Assembly: GCA_001829085.1 (NCBI GenBank)
Contig: MIAK01000058.1
Location: 29,930 to 93,929 of the forward strand
Origin: Sphingomonadales bacterium RIFCSPLOWO2_12_FULL_63_15
Lineage (GTDB): Bacteria > Pseudomonadota > Alphaproteobacteria > Sphingomonadales > Sphingomonadaceae
DNA length: 64,000 nucleotides
Direction of reading: 5' to 3'
Shown here: positions 1 to 9,783 of the stretch, one piece after another
Numbering within the stretch: the first letter of the stretch is position 1
How the letters are laid out: each line of letters begins with the position of its first letter
Translations under genes and position numbers: made by a program
The notes under the pieces: generated by a model
Told to the model about the DNA's origin: nothing
The model's input: the letters and a program-made list of their open reading frames with translations, nothing else
Database searches by the model: none

Positions 1-1325
1 CGCTGCTGGGCAAGAGCGGCGCGCTCGATTTCCGCCTGACCGCGACCGGCTATCGCCATGACGGCCCCTCGCTCGCCGATCCCCGCACCGCCAGCCCCGC
101 AGGGTCGGCAACCGAGAAGGACGAATATCGCCGTTACAGCTTTAGCGGCCGGGTCGGCTATCAGGCGACCGAAACCTTGTCGCTGCAAGCGATCGGCTAT
201 TGGTTCGATGCCTTCAGCGATCTCGACAATACCACCTCGGACAGCGACGATACCGCCAAAACGCGCGACTATGCCGCCGCGGGCCAGGCCAGCTATAAGA
301 GCCTGGATGGCCAGTTCACCGCCGACCTGACCGCCAGCCGCTATGCTGCGCGCCGCCGCTATTTCGGCACCTGGAACCGGGCCGAAGGCGACCTGTTTCG
401 TGGCACCAAGGACGAGTTGACGCTGGCGCTCGCTTATGGCGGCACCGGCCCCGTCAGCCTGGCCGCGGGCGGCAATTATGAGCGGGAGAAGACGACGCAG
501 ATCACCAGCTTCTCCGGCAATTTCCCCGCCCGCGTCAACACGCGGTCGGCCTATGCCGAAATCGCGCTGCGGCCGCTCGCGGGGCTGACCCTGACCGGCG
601 CGGCGCGGGTCGATGATAATAGCCGCTTCGGTACGTTCGACACCTATCGCGGCACGCTGGCCTATGCGCTGGGCGCGCTCAAGCTGCGCGCCAGCTATGG
701 CACCGGGGCGAAGGCACCGGGCCTCTATCAATTGTTCGACCCCACCTATGGCAATCCAGACCTTGAGGTCGAAACCAGCCGGGGCGGCGATGTCGGCTTC
801 GACCTGGCGCTGGCCGAAGGGCTGACCGCGCAGGTCAGCTATTTCTTCACCCGCAAGACGAACGAGATTAATTTCGACGGCAGCCGTCCGCCCTTTGGCG
901 GCTATGGCCAGTTCGGCCGCACCCGCGCGGAGGGGATAGAGGTTGGCGTCACCGCCCAGCCGCTGCCCTGGCTCGGTGTCAGCCAGACCTATGGCTATAC
1001 CGACCATGAAATCGATCGCGACATGGACGGCACCTATGTCAACAGCGGCCGCCCGCGCTATACCGGCACCACATCGGTCATCCTGACCCCGGCCGAACGC
1101 GCGTCGATGACCGCGCGGGTGCGCTATCATGATGGCGACTCGTCGGGCTTTGGCGGCGCGACTAAGGCCTATACGGTGGTCGACCTGCTCGCCTCCTATG
1201 GCATCACCGACCGCGTCGAACTCTATGGCCGCGTCATCAACCTGTTCGATAAATGGTATCAGGTCAGCTACGGCACCCAGACGCTCGGCCTGTCGGCCTA
1301 TGGCGGCGTGCGCCTGAGCTTCTGA
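1..1325 (+). CDS. btuB: TonB-dependent receptor, BtuB-like (5' end outside window)
   Basis: Frame is open from position 3 to TGA at 1325. Beta-barrel strands, C-terminal ...GVRLSF aromatic signature; adjacent to B12 ABC and cob genes. BtuB specificity is inferred from context. Confidence 0.75.
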   Translation, partial: LLGKSGALDFRLTATGYRHDGPSLADPRTASPAGSATEKDEYRRYSFSGRVGYQATETLSLQAIGYWFDAFSDLDNTTSDSDDTAKTRDYAAAGQASYKSLDGQFTADLTASRYAARRRYFGTWNRAEGDLFRGTKDELTLALAYGGTGPVSLAAGGNYEREKTTQITSFSGNFPARVNTRSAYAEIALRPLAGLTLTGAARVDDNSRFGTFDTYRGTLAYALGALKLRASYGTGAKAPGLYQLFDPTYGNPDLEVETSRGGDVGFDLALAEGLTAQVSYFFTRKTNEINFDGSRPPFGGYGQFGRTRAEGIEVGVTAQPLPWLGVSQTYGYTDHEIDRDMDGTYVNSGRPRYTGTTSVILTPAERASMTARVRYHDGDSSGFGGATKAYTVVDLLASYGITDRVELYGRVINLFDKWYQVSYGTQTLGLSAYGGVRLSF

Positions 1326-1401
1326 TATGATCCCGTCCCCGCCATCAGACCCCGTTAGGCAGGCTGCGCTTGGCCAAGACCGGGTCGTTGGCGGGGAAGG
1401 G

Positions 1402-2238
1402 TCAGCGCGGCTTGACCGCGCGGGCGATCGCCTGCGCCGCCTGCACATAGGCGGGGCCGCCGCACACCGTCCACGCCTGCGGAATGGCGATGCGCGGGAT
1501 GCTGCGCAGCGCGGGATGGTGCAGCATTTCCGTGCCCTGATCGGTCACTTTCTGCGTCGCGCTTTCGATGATCAGATAATCGGGCCGCGACGCCACCATT
1601 TCCTCCAGGCTCATCTGCGACAGAGCGGGCTTGCCCAAGCGAGTCGCGAGATTGGTAACGCCCGTGCGCACCAGCAGATCATCGATCAACGTGCCCGATC
1701 CGGTCAGATAGCCGCGCCGCTGATAATAAGCCGCGACCGGCGCGCGCGCGGGACGGGGCAGCCGCGCGAGATCCGCCTCCATCCGCGCGATCAGCGCCTC
1801 GCCGCGCGCCGGATGCCCCACCGCCTGCGCCACCTGCCGGATCGAGGCCAAGATGCTGGCGTAATTTTCCGCCGATTGCAGGTCGAGCGTGCGGAAGGGC
1901 AGGGTCTTGAAAGGGGCGAGCGCCGGATGCCCGCGCGCGGGCAGGCCGATCACCAGATCAGGCCGCGCCGCCAGCACTTCCTCCGACGTGCCGCGCAGCA
2001 TCGGCAGGCCGCGCGCCGCCTCTGCCGCCGCCGACATGTCGGGATCGCGCACATTGCTGGTCAGCCCGGCAATTTGGCCCCGGTCGGCCAGCGCCAGCAC
2101 CAGTTGATCGGAACACAGGTTCAGCGACACGATACGTTGCGGCCGCTGGGGTGCAGCGCCACCCCGCTCGGCCGCCGCGCCGGGCAGAGCTATGCACAAC
2201 AGGCAGGTGGCGAGGGCAAGCGAGCGCAAGATCATCAT
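1402..2238 (-). CDS. btuF: Periplasmic cobalamin/siderophore ABC substrate-binding protein (BtuF-like)
   Basis: Signal peptide; RIVSLNLCSDQL and EEVLAARPDLVI motifs of class III binding proteins; cob context. Confidence 0.75.
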   Translation of the reverse strand: MMILRSLALATCLLCIALPGAAAERGGAAPQRPQRIVSLNLCSDQLVLALADRGQIAGLTSNVRDPDMSAAAEAARGLPMLRGTSEEVLAARPDLVIGLPARGHPALAPFKTLPFRTLDLQSAENYASILASIRQVAQAVGHPARGEALIARMEADLARLPRPARAPVAAYYQRRGYLTGSGTLIDDLLVRTGVTNLATRLGKPALSQMSLEEMVASRPDYLIIESATQKVTDQGTEMLHHPALRSIPRIAIPQAWTVCGGPAYVQAAQAIARAVKPR

Positions 2239-2291
2239 CGCGCTTCCATAACGCCCCGGTGCCGTGACACAAGCAAGCCCGATCGGACCCC

Positions 2292-3305
2292 ATGCGCCTG
2301 ACCCATGAACCGCCCGCGCCGCGCCATTATGCGCTGATGCCGCTGCTGATCGCCGGGGTGGTGATCGTCGCGGTCGCCTCGCTGCGGCTTGGCCCGGTCA
2401 CGCTTTCGCTCGACCGGCTGTTCGCGGTGGTCATGGGTCATGGCGATCCGGTCGCGACCACCATATTGCTCGACCTGCGCCTGCCGCGCACGCTCATCGG
2501 CCTGTTGGTCGGGGCGATGCTGGGGCTGGCGGGCGCAGTGTTGCAGGGCTATTTGCGCAATCCGCTGGCCGAACCCTCGGTGCTGGGCGCGTCCAACGCC
2601 GCCGCGCTGGGCGCGGTCGCTGCTATTTATTTCGGCGTGGCGGGCTGGCATCCCGCGATGCTGCCCTTGCTCTCGATCGCCACCGGGCTGATCGCGCTTC
2701 TGCTGCTCTTCACCCTCGCCGGGCGCGCGGAAAGCGCGTTGACGCTGATCCTGGCGGGCATCGCCGTGTCGACGCTGGCCGGGGCAGGGATCAGCCTGGC
2801 GCTCAACCTGTCGCCCAATCCCTTTGCCGCGATGGAGATCATGACCTGGCTGATGGGGTCGATCGAAAACCGGTCGATCGATCATGTCTGGATCGTCCTG
2901 CCCTGCGTGATCGTGGGCGGCGCGCTGCTGCTGATCGACCGGCGGGCGCTGGATGCCTTGACCTTGGGTGAGGATGGGGCGCGCTCGCTCGGCGTCGATC
3001 TGCGCCGTACCCGCACCCGCCTGCTGCTGGGCGTTGCGATCGGCGTGGGCGGGGCGGTGTCGGTGTCCGGTTCGATCGGCTTCATCGGCCTCATCGTCCC
3101 CCATCTCGTCCGTCCCCTGACCGATCGCAGCCCGTCCGCCATCCTGCTCCCCTCGCTGCTGGGCGGCGCGATCCTGCTGGTCGCGGCCGACATCCTTGTC
3201 CGCCTGATCCCGACCACCAGCGAGTTGAAGCTCGGCGTGGTGACCGCCTTCCTCGGCGTCCCCATCTTCCTGCTCCATCTGTTGCGGGAGCGGCGGACAT
3301 GGTGA
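2292..3305 (+). CDS. btuC: FecCD/BtuC-family ABC permease
   Basis: LRLPR, LRNPLAEPSVLG and GSIGFIGLIVPH motifs; multiple transmembrane segments. Confidence 0.8.
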   Translation: MRLTHEPPAPRHYALMPLLIAGVVIVAVASLRLGPVTLSLDRLFAVVMGHGDPVATTILLDLRLPRTLIGLLVGAMLGLAGAVLQGYLRNPLAEPSVLGASNAAALGAVAAIYFGVAGWHPAMLPLLSIATGLIALLLLFTLAGRAESALTLILAGIAVSTLAGAGISLALNLSPNPFAAMEIMTWLMGSIENRSIDHVWIVLPCVIVGGALLLIDRRALDALTLGEDGARSLGVDLRRTRTRLLLGVAIGVGGAVSVSGSIGFIGLIVPHLVRPLTDRSPSAILLPSLLGGAILLVAADILVRLIPTTSELKLGVVTAFLGVPIFLLHLLRERRTW

Positions 3306-4096
3306 CGATCCGGGTCGAAGGGCTGTGCGCCAACCTCGGCCGCCGCGCCGTGCTGCATGACATCGATGCGACGCTCGCGCCCGGCGCGCTGATCGGCATT
3401 ATCGGTCCCAATGGCGCGGGGAAATCGACGCTGGTGCGGGCCATGCTTGGCCTGATCGCCACGACGCGTGGCAGCGTGACGATCGACGGCCGCGCCATCG
3501 CCACCCTGCCGCCGCGCGACCGTGCCCGCGCCATCGCCTATCTGCCGCAGGGGCAGACGCTGCACTGGCCGCTCAGCGTCGAGCGGTTGGTCGCGCTTGG
3601 CCGCCTGCCCCATCTTGGCCCCATGTCGCGCATCGGCGCGGCGGACCATGACGCCATAGCGGCGGCGATGGCCCGCACCGACGTCGCCCATCTCGCCGAC
3701 CGGATCGCCACCGAATTGTCGGGCGGCGAGCGCGCCCGCGTCATGCTCGCCCGCGCGCTGGCGGTCGGTGCGCCCGGCCTTGCGGTGGACGAACCGCTCG
3801 CCGCGCTCGACCCCGGTCATCAGATCGACGTGATGCAATTGCTCGCGCGCGAGGCGCAGGCGGGCGGTCTGGTCATCGCCGTGCTGCACGACCTGTCCAT
3901 GGCGGCGCGCTATTGTGACCGGCTGCTGCTGCTCGATCGCGGTACGCTGGTCGCCGACGGCACGCCGGACGATGTGCTGACGCAGGACCGGCTCCGCGCC
4001 GTCTATGGCATCACCAGCCGCATCGACCTTGGCGCCACGCCGCCGCTGGTCGCCCCGCTCGACCGCTGGACCGCCGCGCCTGACCATGGAGAATAA
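3299..4096 (+). CDS. btuD: ABC ATP-binding protein (BtuD/FecE-like)
   Basis: Walker A GPNGAGKST, signature LSGGE, DEP Walker B; overlaps the permease stop. Confidence 0.8.
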   Translation: MVTIRVEGLCANLGRRAVLHDIDATLAPGALIGIIGPNGAGKSTLVRAMLGLIATTRGSVTIDGRAIATLPPRDRARAIAYLPQGQTLHWPLSVERLVALGRLPHLGPMSRIGAADHDAIAAAMARTDVAHLADRIATELSGGERARVMLARALAVGAPGLAVDEPLAALDPGHQIDVMQLLAREAQAGGLVIAVLHDLSMAARYCDRLLLLDRGTLVADGTPDDVLTQDRLRAVYGITSRIDLGATPPLVAPLDRWTAAPDHGE

Positions 4097-4097
4097 C

Positions 4098-5123
4098 ATG
4101 CCGCCTGCCCCCTTCTGGTCCAGCCCCGGCGATTTCGACGCCGCCCTGCGCGCGCTGCCCGGTCCCGACACCGACGCGATCGCCGCCGCCGCCGCGCGGC
4201 AGGCGCAACTGACCAAGCCCGCCGGGTCGCTCGCCCGGCTGGAGCAACTCGCGCTGTTCTTTGCGGGGTGGCAGGGGCGGGCGATTCCTGCGCTCGACCA
4301 TGGCCGGGTGCTGATCTTCGCCGGTAACCATGGCGTCACCGTCCATGGCGTCAGCGCCTTTCCCGCCGCCGTCACCGTGCAGATGGTCGCGAATTTCAAT
4401 GCTGGCGGCGCGGCGATCAACGCGCTGGCCGGTGCTGCGGGCCTCGACCTACGCGTTGTGCCGATCGACCTCGACCGACCCACGGACGATTTCACGCAAG
4501 GCGCGGCCATGAGCGAGGCGGACTGCCTCGCGGCGCTGGCGATCGGCGCGGCGGCGGTGGAGCCGGGCCTCGACCTCGTTCTGCTCGGCGAAATGGGCAT
4601 CGGCAATTCGACCGCCGCCGCCGCGCTCGCCGCGCGCAGCCTGGGCGGCAGCGCCGCCGACTGGGTCGGGCCGGGCACCGGCGTCGATGCCGACGGCATC
4701 GCCCGCAAGATCGCGGTCATCGACCGGGCGCTCGCCTTCCATGCCGACGCGCCGCTGACCCCGTTCGAAACGCTGCGGCGCGTGGGCGGGCGGGAGATTG
4801 CGGCGATGGCGGGGGCGGCGCTGCGGGCGCGGCAATTGCGCATTCCGGTGATGCTCGATGGGTTCATCAGCGGCGCGGCCATTGCCCCGCTCGCCGCCGC
4901 TTATCCCGCCATCACCGATCATTGCCTTGCGGGCCATTGTTCGGCCGAACCCGGCCATGACCGGCTGCTCCGCCAGCTTGGGCTCGATCCGCTGCTGCGC
5001 CTTGGCATGCGGCTCGGCGAAGGCAGCGGCGCAGCGGTGGCGGCCAATATCGTCCGGTCCGCGCTCGCCGCCCATGCGCAGATGGCGACCTTCGCCCAGG
5101 CCGGCGTGTCGGGCGCAGCATGA
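4098..5123 (+). CDS. cobT: Nicotinate-nucleotide--dimethylbenzimidazole phosphoribosyltransferase
   Basis: TKPAGSLARLE, FAGNHGV, GEMGIGNST and LGMRLGEGSGA motifs; GGAG RBS before ATG 4098. Confidence 0.92.
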   Translation: MPPAPFWSSPGDFDAALRALPGPDTDAIAAAAARQAQLTKPAGSLARLEQLALFFAGWQGRAIPALDHGRVLIFAGNHGVTVHGVSAFPAAVTVQMVANFNAGGAAINALAGAAGLDLRVVPIDLDRPTDDFTQGAAMSEADCLAALAIGAAAVEPGLDLVLLGEMGIGNSTAAAALAARSLGGSAADWVGPGTGVDADGIARKIAVIDRALAFHADAPLTPFETLRRVGGREIAAMAGAALRARQLRIPVMLDGFISGAAIAPLAAAYPAITDHCLAGHCSAEPGHDRLLRQLGLDPLLRLGMRLGEGSGAAVAANIVRSALAAHAQMATFAQAGVSGAA

Positions 5124-5689
5124 CGCCCCGGCTGCTCCATCTGCTGCGCCATGGCGCGCCCGACACGCCCGGCCTGCTGATGGGCCGCACCGATGGCGCA
5201 CCGACGCAGGCCGGGATCGACGCCTGCCGCGCCCGCGCCGCTAACCTTGGCATAAGCACCATCATCAGTTCCGACCTGACCCGCGCCAGCGCCGCCGCCG
5301 ACGCCATCGGCCGCGACCATGGCCTGCCCGTCCTGCTCGACCCGCGCTGGCGCGAGTTGGATTTCGGCGCCTGGGATGGCCTGGCCCCGTCCGCCGTCCC
5401 GACGCAGGCTTTCGCCCGCTTCCATGCCGATCCCGACGCCAGCCCGCCACCGGGCGGCGAGCGCTGGTCCATGCTGGTCGATCGCGTCGCCGCCGCCACC
5501 GCCGTGCTGACCGCCGACTCCACCCTCATCCTCACCCATGGCGGCGCGATGCGCGCGGCGATCGCCCATCATTGCGGCCTGACCCCTGCGCAAAGCTGGG
5601 CGTTCGACCTGCCTTATGCGTCTTTGCTGTCGCTGCGCCTGTGGCCCGGCCCGCAGCCTGCCGCGCAGATCATCGGACTACGGACATGA
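5120..5689 (+). CDS. cobC: Histidine phosphatase, alpha-ribazole-phosphate phosphatase-like
   Basis: LLRHG motif, ELDFGAWDG and THGG; ATGA overlap with cobT. Confidence 0.8.
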   Translation: MTPRLLHLLRHGAPDTPGLLMGRTDGAPTQAGIDACRARAANLGISTIISSDLTRASAAADAIGRDHGLPVLLDPRWRELDFGAWDGLAPSAVPTQAFARFHADPDASPPPGGERWSMLVDRVAAATAVLTADSTLILTHGGAMRAAIAHHCGLTPAQSWAFDLPYASLLSLRLWPGPQPAAQIIGLRT

Positions 5690-6390
5690 AGGGGCTGGTC
5701 ATCGCGCTCCAGTTCCTGACCCGCCTGCCGCTGCCGCGCGTCACGGCCTCGGCACAGGATTTCGCCCGGTCGATGCGCTGGTTCCCCGTCGTCGGCCTGA
5801 TCCTCGGCGCGCTGGTGGCTGCCGCTTGCTGGGCGGGGGCGCGGATCGACCCGTGGGTCGGTGCGCTACTCGGCCTCATCGCCTGGGTCGGGCTGACCGG
5901 CGCGCTGCATCTCGATGGCCTGGGCGACATGGCCGATGCGGCAGGCGCGGCGCATAAGGACAGGGATCGCCTGCGCGCCGTCCTCTCCGACCCCCATGTC
6001 GGCAGCTTCGGCGTCGTCGCGATCGCGCTCCAGTTGATCGCCAAGCTGGCCCTGCTCCATGCCCTCATCGATCGCGCGCCTCTCGCCGCGCTGATCCTGA
6101 TCCCCTTCGCCGCGCGGATCGCCCCGCTGTGGTGGACGCGCCTGCTCCCGCCACTCCACGAAGGCCTAGCCACCGCCTTTCGCGGCGCGATCCGCCCGGT
6201 CGATCTGGCGCTCTGGGCCGCCGCCTGGCTGCTCGCCTGCTGGTGGGTGCCCGGCCTGCTGGCCGCGCCGGTGCTGATGCTTGGCTGGGGCGTTTGGCTG
6301 CGACAACGGATTGGCGGCATTTCGGGCGACGGCCATGGCGCGGGGATCGAACTTGTCGAAAGCGGCCTGCTGCTGGCGGTGCTGCTATGA
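5686..6390 (+). CDS. cobS: Adenosylcobinamide-GDP ribazoletransferase (cobalamin synthase)
   Basis: FLTRLP, TGALHLDGLGD and GGISGD motifs; ATGA overlap with the upstream gene. Confidence 0.9.
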   Translation: MKGLVIALQFLTRLPLPRVTASAQDFARSMRWFPVVGLILGALVAAACWAGARIDPWVGALLGLIAWVGLTGALHLDGLGDMADAAGAAHKDRDRLRAVLSDPHVGSFGVVAIALQLIAKLALLHALIDRAPLAALILIPFAARIAPLWWTRLLPPLHEGLATAFRGAIRPVDLALWAAAWLLACWWVPGLLAAPVLMLGWGVWLRQRIGGISGDGHGAGIELVESGLLLAVLL

Positions 6391-7364
6391 TCGACCGCTG
6401 GCACTGGCATGGCGGCGGGCTTTCTGCAGCGCGCGCCTATTTCGGCGACGGCGATGCGCCCTGGATCGACCTCTCGACCGGCATCAACCCGCAACCCTGG
6501 CCCATCCCGCCGCTGGCGATCGACTGGGCGCGCCTGCCCGGTGACGCGGCCCTGCGCGCGCTCGAAGCCGCCGCCGCGGCGCATTTCGGCGTCGATCCCG
6601 CCACGGTCTGCGCCCTGCCCGGCACCGAGATCGGCCTGCGCCTGATCGGCGACCTGTTGTCCGGCCCCGCCTGCCATATCGCGCCTGCCTATCGCACCCA
6701 GGGCGAGATGATCCAGGGCAGCATCCCCGTCGGCCGCGCCGATCTGGCCGAGACCGACGACCAGACGCTGATCCTCGCCAACCCCAACAATCCCGACGGC
6801 CATCGCTTCGACCGCCCCGCCCTGCACGACCTGCTCGCCCGGCGCGGTGAAGGCTGGCTGATCCTCGACGAGGCCTTTGCCGATGCCGACCCGACGATCA
6901 GCTTTGCCGATCAGGTTGTTGACGACCGCCGCCTGCTGGTCTTCCGCTCCTTCGGCAAATTTTTCGGGCTTGCAGGCGTGCGGCTCGGCTTTCTGATCGC
7001 CCCGCCCACGATCCTCGCCGCCGTCCGCCGCAAGCTGGGAGCCTGGCCACTCTCCGCCCCGGCCATCACCATCGGTACGGCCGCCTATCGCGATCAACCC
7101 TGGATCGCCGCCACGCGCCAGCGCCTTGCGCAACAGGCCGCCACCCTCGACGCGCTGCTGATCCGCTGCGGCTACCGCCCGATCGGCACTTGCTCCCTCT
7201 TCCGCCTGATCGAAACCGACGACGCCCCCACGCTGTTCGACCGTCTCGCCCGCCGCGCCATCCTGACTCGACCCTTCCTCGAACAGCCCCGCTGGCTGCG
7301 CATCGGCCTGCCCGCCGATGCCGCCGCCTGCGACCGGCTCGAAGCGGCGCTGCGCCATGGCTGA
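6387..7364 (+). CDS. cobD: Threonine-phosphate decarboxylase (PLP-dependent; Salmonella CobD / P. denitrificans CobC)
   Basis: HGG, DLSTGINP, NPNNPDG, DEAF and RSFGKFFGLAGVRLG motifs. Confidence 0.88.
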   Translation: MIDRWHWHGGGLSAARAYFGDGDAPWIDLSTGINPQPWPIPPLAIDWARLPGDAALRALEAAAAAHFGVDPATVCALPGTEIGLRLIGDLLSGPACHIAPAYRTQGEMIQGSIPVGRADLAETDDQTLILANPNNPDGHRFDRPALHDLLARRGEGWLILDEAFADADPTISFADQVVDDRRLLVFRSFGKFFGLAGVRLGFLIAPPTILAAVRRKLGAWPLSAPAITIGTAAYRDQPWIAATRQRLAQQAATLDALLIRCGYRPIGTCSLFRLIETDDAPTLFDRLARRAILTRPFLEQPRWLRIGLPADAAACDRLEAALRHG

Positions 7365-8295
7365 GCCGGTCGCGCTCGTCGCGCTGATGCTCGACGCCGC
7401 GATCGGCTGGCCCGCCTGGCTCTATGCGCGGATCGGCCACCCGGTCGGCCTCTTCGCGCGCCTTATCGACACTTGCGAGGCGCGCTGGAACCGCCCGCAC
7501 GGACGCGACGCCACTCGCCGCTTGGGCGGCATCGCCACCCTCCTGCTGCTGCTGATCGTCGCGGCGGGTGGCGGCTGGATCATCCAGTCCATGATCCTGC
7601 GCCTCTGCGGCCCCTATGGCTGGCCGCTCCTTGCCCTGCTTGCCTTTCCCGCGCTCGCCCAGCGCAGCCTGTTCGACCATGTCCGTGCCGTGGCGCAGGC
7701 GCTGGCCGCTGACGACCTCCCCCGCGCCCGCCAGCAAGTCGCCCGCATCGTCGGCCGCGATACCGATGCGCTCGATGCCAGCGGCGTCGCCCGCGCCGCG
7801 ATCGAAAGCCTGGCCGAGAGCTTCTGCGACGGCATCGCCGCGCCGCTCTTCTGGCTGTTGCTGCTCGGCCTGCCCGGCGTCTGGGCCTATAAGGCGATCA
7901 ACACCGCCGACAGCCTGATCGGCCATCGCGAACCGCGCTGGCGGGCGTTCGGCTGGGCGGCGGCGCGGAGCGACGATCTACTCAACCTGCTGCCCGCGCG
8001 GATCGGCGGCGCGTTGATCTGCATCGCGGGCGGCGGCGGATGGCGCATCCTGCGGCGCGACGCGCGCGCCCACGCTTCCCCCAATGCGGGCTGGACCGAA
8101 GCGGCGATGGCGGGTGCCTTGGGCCTGCGCCTCGCCGGGCCGATCGTCTATGATGGCATCGCCCTGCCCAAAGCCTGGATCGGCGATGGCCGCACGCAGG
8201 CTGATGCGCGCGACATCGACCAAGCGCTGCGCATCACCATTCGCGCCTGCCTGCTGCTCTGGCTGATCGCTGGCCTATGGGCCTGGTTTGCATGA
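7357..8295 (+). CDS. cbiB: Adenosylcobinamide-phosphate synthase
   Basis: HPV, IVGRDT, ESLAES, YKAINTADSLIG and SPNAGW motifs. Confidence 0.9.
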   Translation: MAEPVALVALMLDAAIGWPAWLYARIGHPVGLFARLIDTCEARWNRPHGRDATRRLGGIATLLLLLIVAAGGGWIIQSMILRLCGPYGWPLLALLAFPALAQRSLFDHVRAVAQALAADDLPRARQQVARIVGRDTDALDASGVARAAIESLAESFCDGIAAPLFWLLLLGLPGVWAYKAINTADSLIGHREPRWRAFGWAAARSDDLLNLLPARIGGALICIAGGGGWRILRRDARAHASPNAGWTEAAMAGALGLRLAGPIVYDGIALPKAWIGDGRTQADARDIDQALRITIRACLLLWLIAGLWAWFA

Positions 8296-8306
8296 GGGAG
8301 ACGGAT

Positions 8307-8858
8307 ATGACCCCTGTTCACAGCCTACTGGTGCTGGGCGGCGCGCGATCGGGCAAGAGCCGCTATGCGCAGGCGCGCGCCGAAGCGACCGGCCTCGACC
8401 GCTGCTTCATCGCGACGGCGCAGGCCTTTGACGACGAAATGCACGACCGCATCGCCCGTCACCAGCAGGATCGCGATGCGCTCTGGCACACGGTCGAAGC
8501 GCCGATGGCATTGGCCGACGCGATCGCCACACACGCAGCACCCCGCCGCGTGCTGCTCATCGATTGCCTCACGCTCTGGACGTCGAACTTGCTGCTCGCC
8601 GACCGGGACATCGACGCCGCGACCGATGATCTGGTCGCCGCCATCGCCGCCGCGCCTGGCCCCATCATCCTCGTCGCCAATGAAGTGGGCCTTGGCATCG
8701 TGCCCGACAATGCGCTCGCCCGCCGCTTCCGCGATGCAGCAGGGCTGCTCAACCAGCGGGTCGCCGCCACCGTGCGCGAAGTCCAGTTCCTTGCCGCAGG
8801 CCTACCGCTCACGCTCAAGGGCGCCGCCCCTCTGGCGCAACCGGGCGCAACCGGCTAG
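8307..8858 (+). CDS. cobU: Bifunctional adenosylcobinamide kinase / guanylyltransferase (CobU/CobP)
   Basis: GGARSGKS P-loop, RIARHQ, DCLTLW and NEVGLGIVP motifs; GGGAG RBS. Confidence 0.92.
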   Translation: MTPVHSLLVLGGARSGKSRYAQARAEATGLDRCFIATAQAFDDEMHDRIARHQQDRDALWHTVEAPMALADAIATHAAPRRVLLIDCLTLWTSNLLLADRDIDAATDDLVAAIAAAPGPIILVANEVGLGIVPDNALARRFRDAAGLLNQRVAATVREVQFLAAGLPLTLKGAAPLAQPGATG

Positions 8859-8869
8859 GTCACGACGCT

Positions 8870-9685
8870 ATGACCACCCGTGACGATCTGACCCTCGCCA
8901 ACCGCCTTGCCGATGCGGCGGGCGAGGCTATCCGCCCCTTCTTCCGCGCGCGCTACGACATGGAGTTGAAGGCCGATAAGTCGCCCGTGACCGAGGCCGA
9001 CCGCGCCGCCGAAGCCGCGATCCGCGCGATTTTGGAAAAGGAACGACCCGGTGACGGCATCATCGGCGAGGAATATGGATCCGTGCGCGAGGATGCCGAG
9101 CGGGTCTGGATTCTCGACCCGATCGACGGCACCCGCAGCTTCATCGCCGGACGGCCGATCTTCGGCACGCTGATCGCGCTGACGCAAGGGGGGTGGCCGA
9201 CCGTCGGCCTCATCGACCAGCCAATCGCGCGGGAACGCTGGGCGGGGATGTCGGGCCAGCCCACGACCTTCAACGGCCAGCCGATCCGCACCCGCGCCTG
9301 CCGCGCGCTGGAGGGCGCAGGCATCGCCACCACCAGCCCGCATCTCTTCGCCGATGGCGACGTGCCCCATTATATGGCGCTGGTCGCGGCCGTCTCCGGC
9401 GGTGCCCCGCGCCAGGGGCCAGTCTATGGCGGCGATTGCTATAATTACGGCCTGCTCGCGTCGGGCTTCCTCGACATCGTCATCGAATCGGGGCTGCAAA
9501 GCTATGATTTCGCGGCCCTGGTGCCGGTGGTCGAAGGTGCAGGCGGCCTGATGTGCGACTGGAATGGCGAACCGCTGACGGCGGACAGCGACGGCCATGT
9601 CCTGGCCTTGGGCGACCCCGCCCGGCTGGAAGATGTGCTGGAAGCACTCGCCAGCACCCCGCACGATCATGGTCACGATCATTAA
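8870..9685 (+). CDS. hisN: Histidinol-phosphate phosphatase (inositol monophosphatase family)
   Basis: SPVTEAD, IIGEE, DPIDGT and YGGDCYNY motifs; His-rich C-terminal tail HDHGHDH. Confidence 0.8.
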   Translation: MTTRDDLTLANRLADAAGEAIRPFFRARYDMELKADKSPVTEADRAAEAAIRAILEKERPGDGIIGEEYGSVREDAERVWILDPIDGTRSFIAGRPIFGTLIALTQGGWPTVGLIDQPIARERWAGMSGQPTTFNGQPIRTRACRALEGAGIATTSPHLFADGDVPHYMALVAAVSGGAPRQGPVYGGDCYNYGLLASGFLDIVIESGLQSYDFAALVPVVEGAGGLMCDWNGEPLTADSDGHVLALGDPARLEDVLEALASTPHDHGHDH

Positions 9686-9691
9686 ATTTGC

Positions 9692-9746
9692 CTCCCTCCC
9701 CGGCGGGGAGGGGGAGTGAGGTGCAGCCGAGCGTCCGCGCTGAGGC
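9692..9746. repeat. Degenerate palindromic REP-like arm (CCCTCCCC/GGGGAGGG hairpin plus GCC-GA-GCG-TCCG-CGC-T-GA-GGC hairpin)
   Basis: Two hairpins read directly downstream of the hisN stop. Confidence 0.55.
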
Positions 9747-9783
9747 AGTTGCCCAGCCCTCTGACTATGCCCGCATAACCACT

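Noticed and set aside
1-2300. Cobalamin riboswitch
   Set aside because: It would be expected upstream of btuB, outside the window. The 53-bp btuF-btuC gap is too short and lacks B12-box motifs.
5670-7358. 562-aa - strand ORF (and similar long shadow ORFs at 2882-4882, 15211-17214, 35026-36837, 37550-39061 and 42193-43767)
   Set aside because: They overlap well-supported genes on the opposite strand or frame and lack motifs; GC-bias artefacts.
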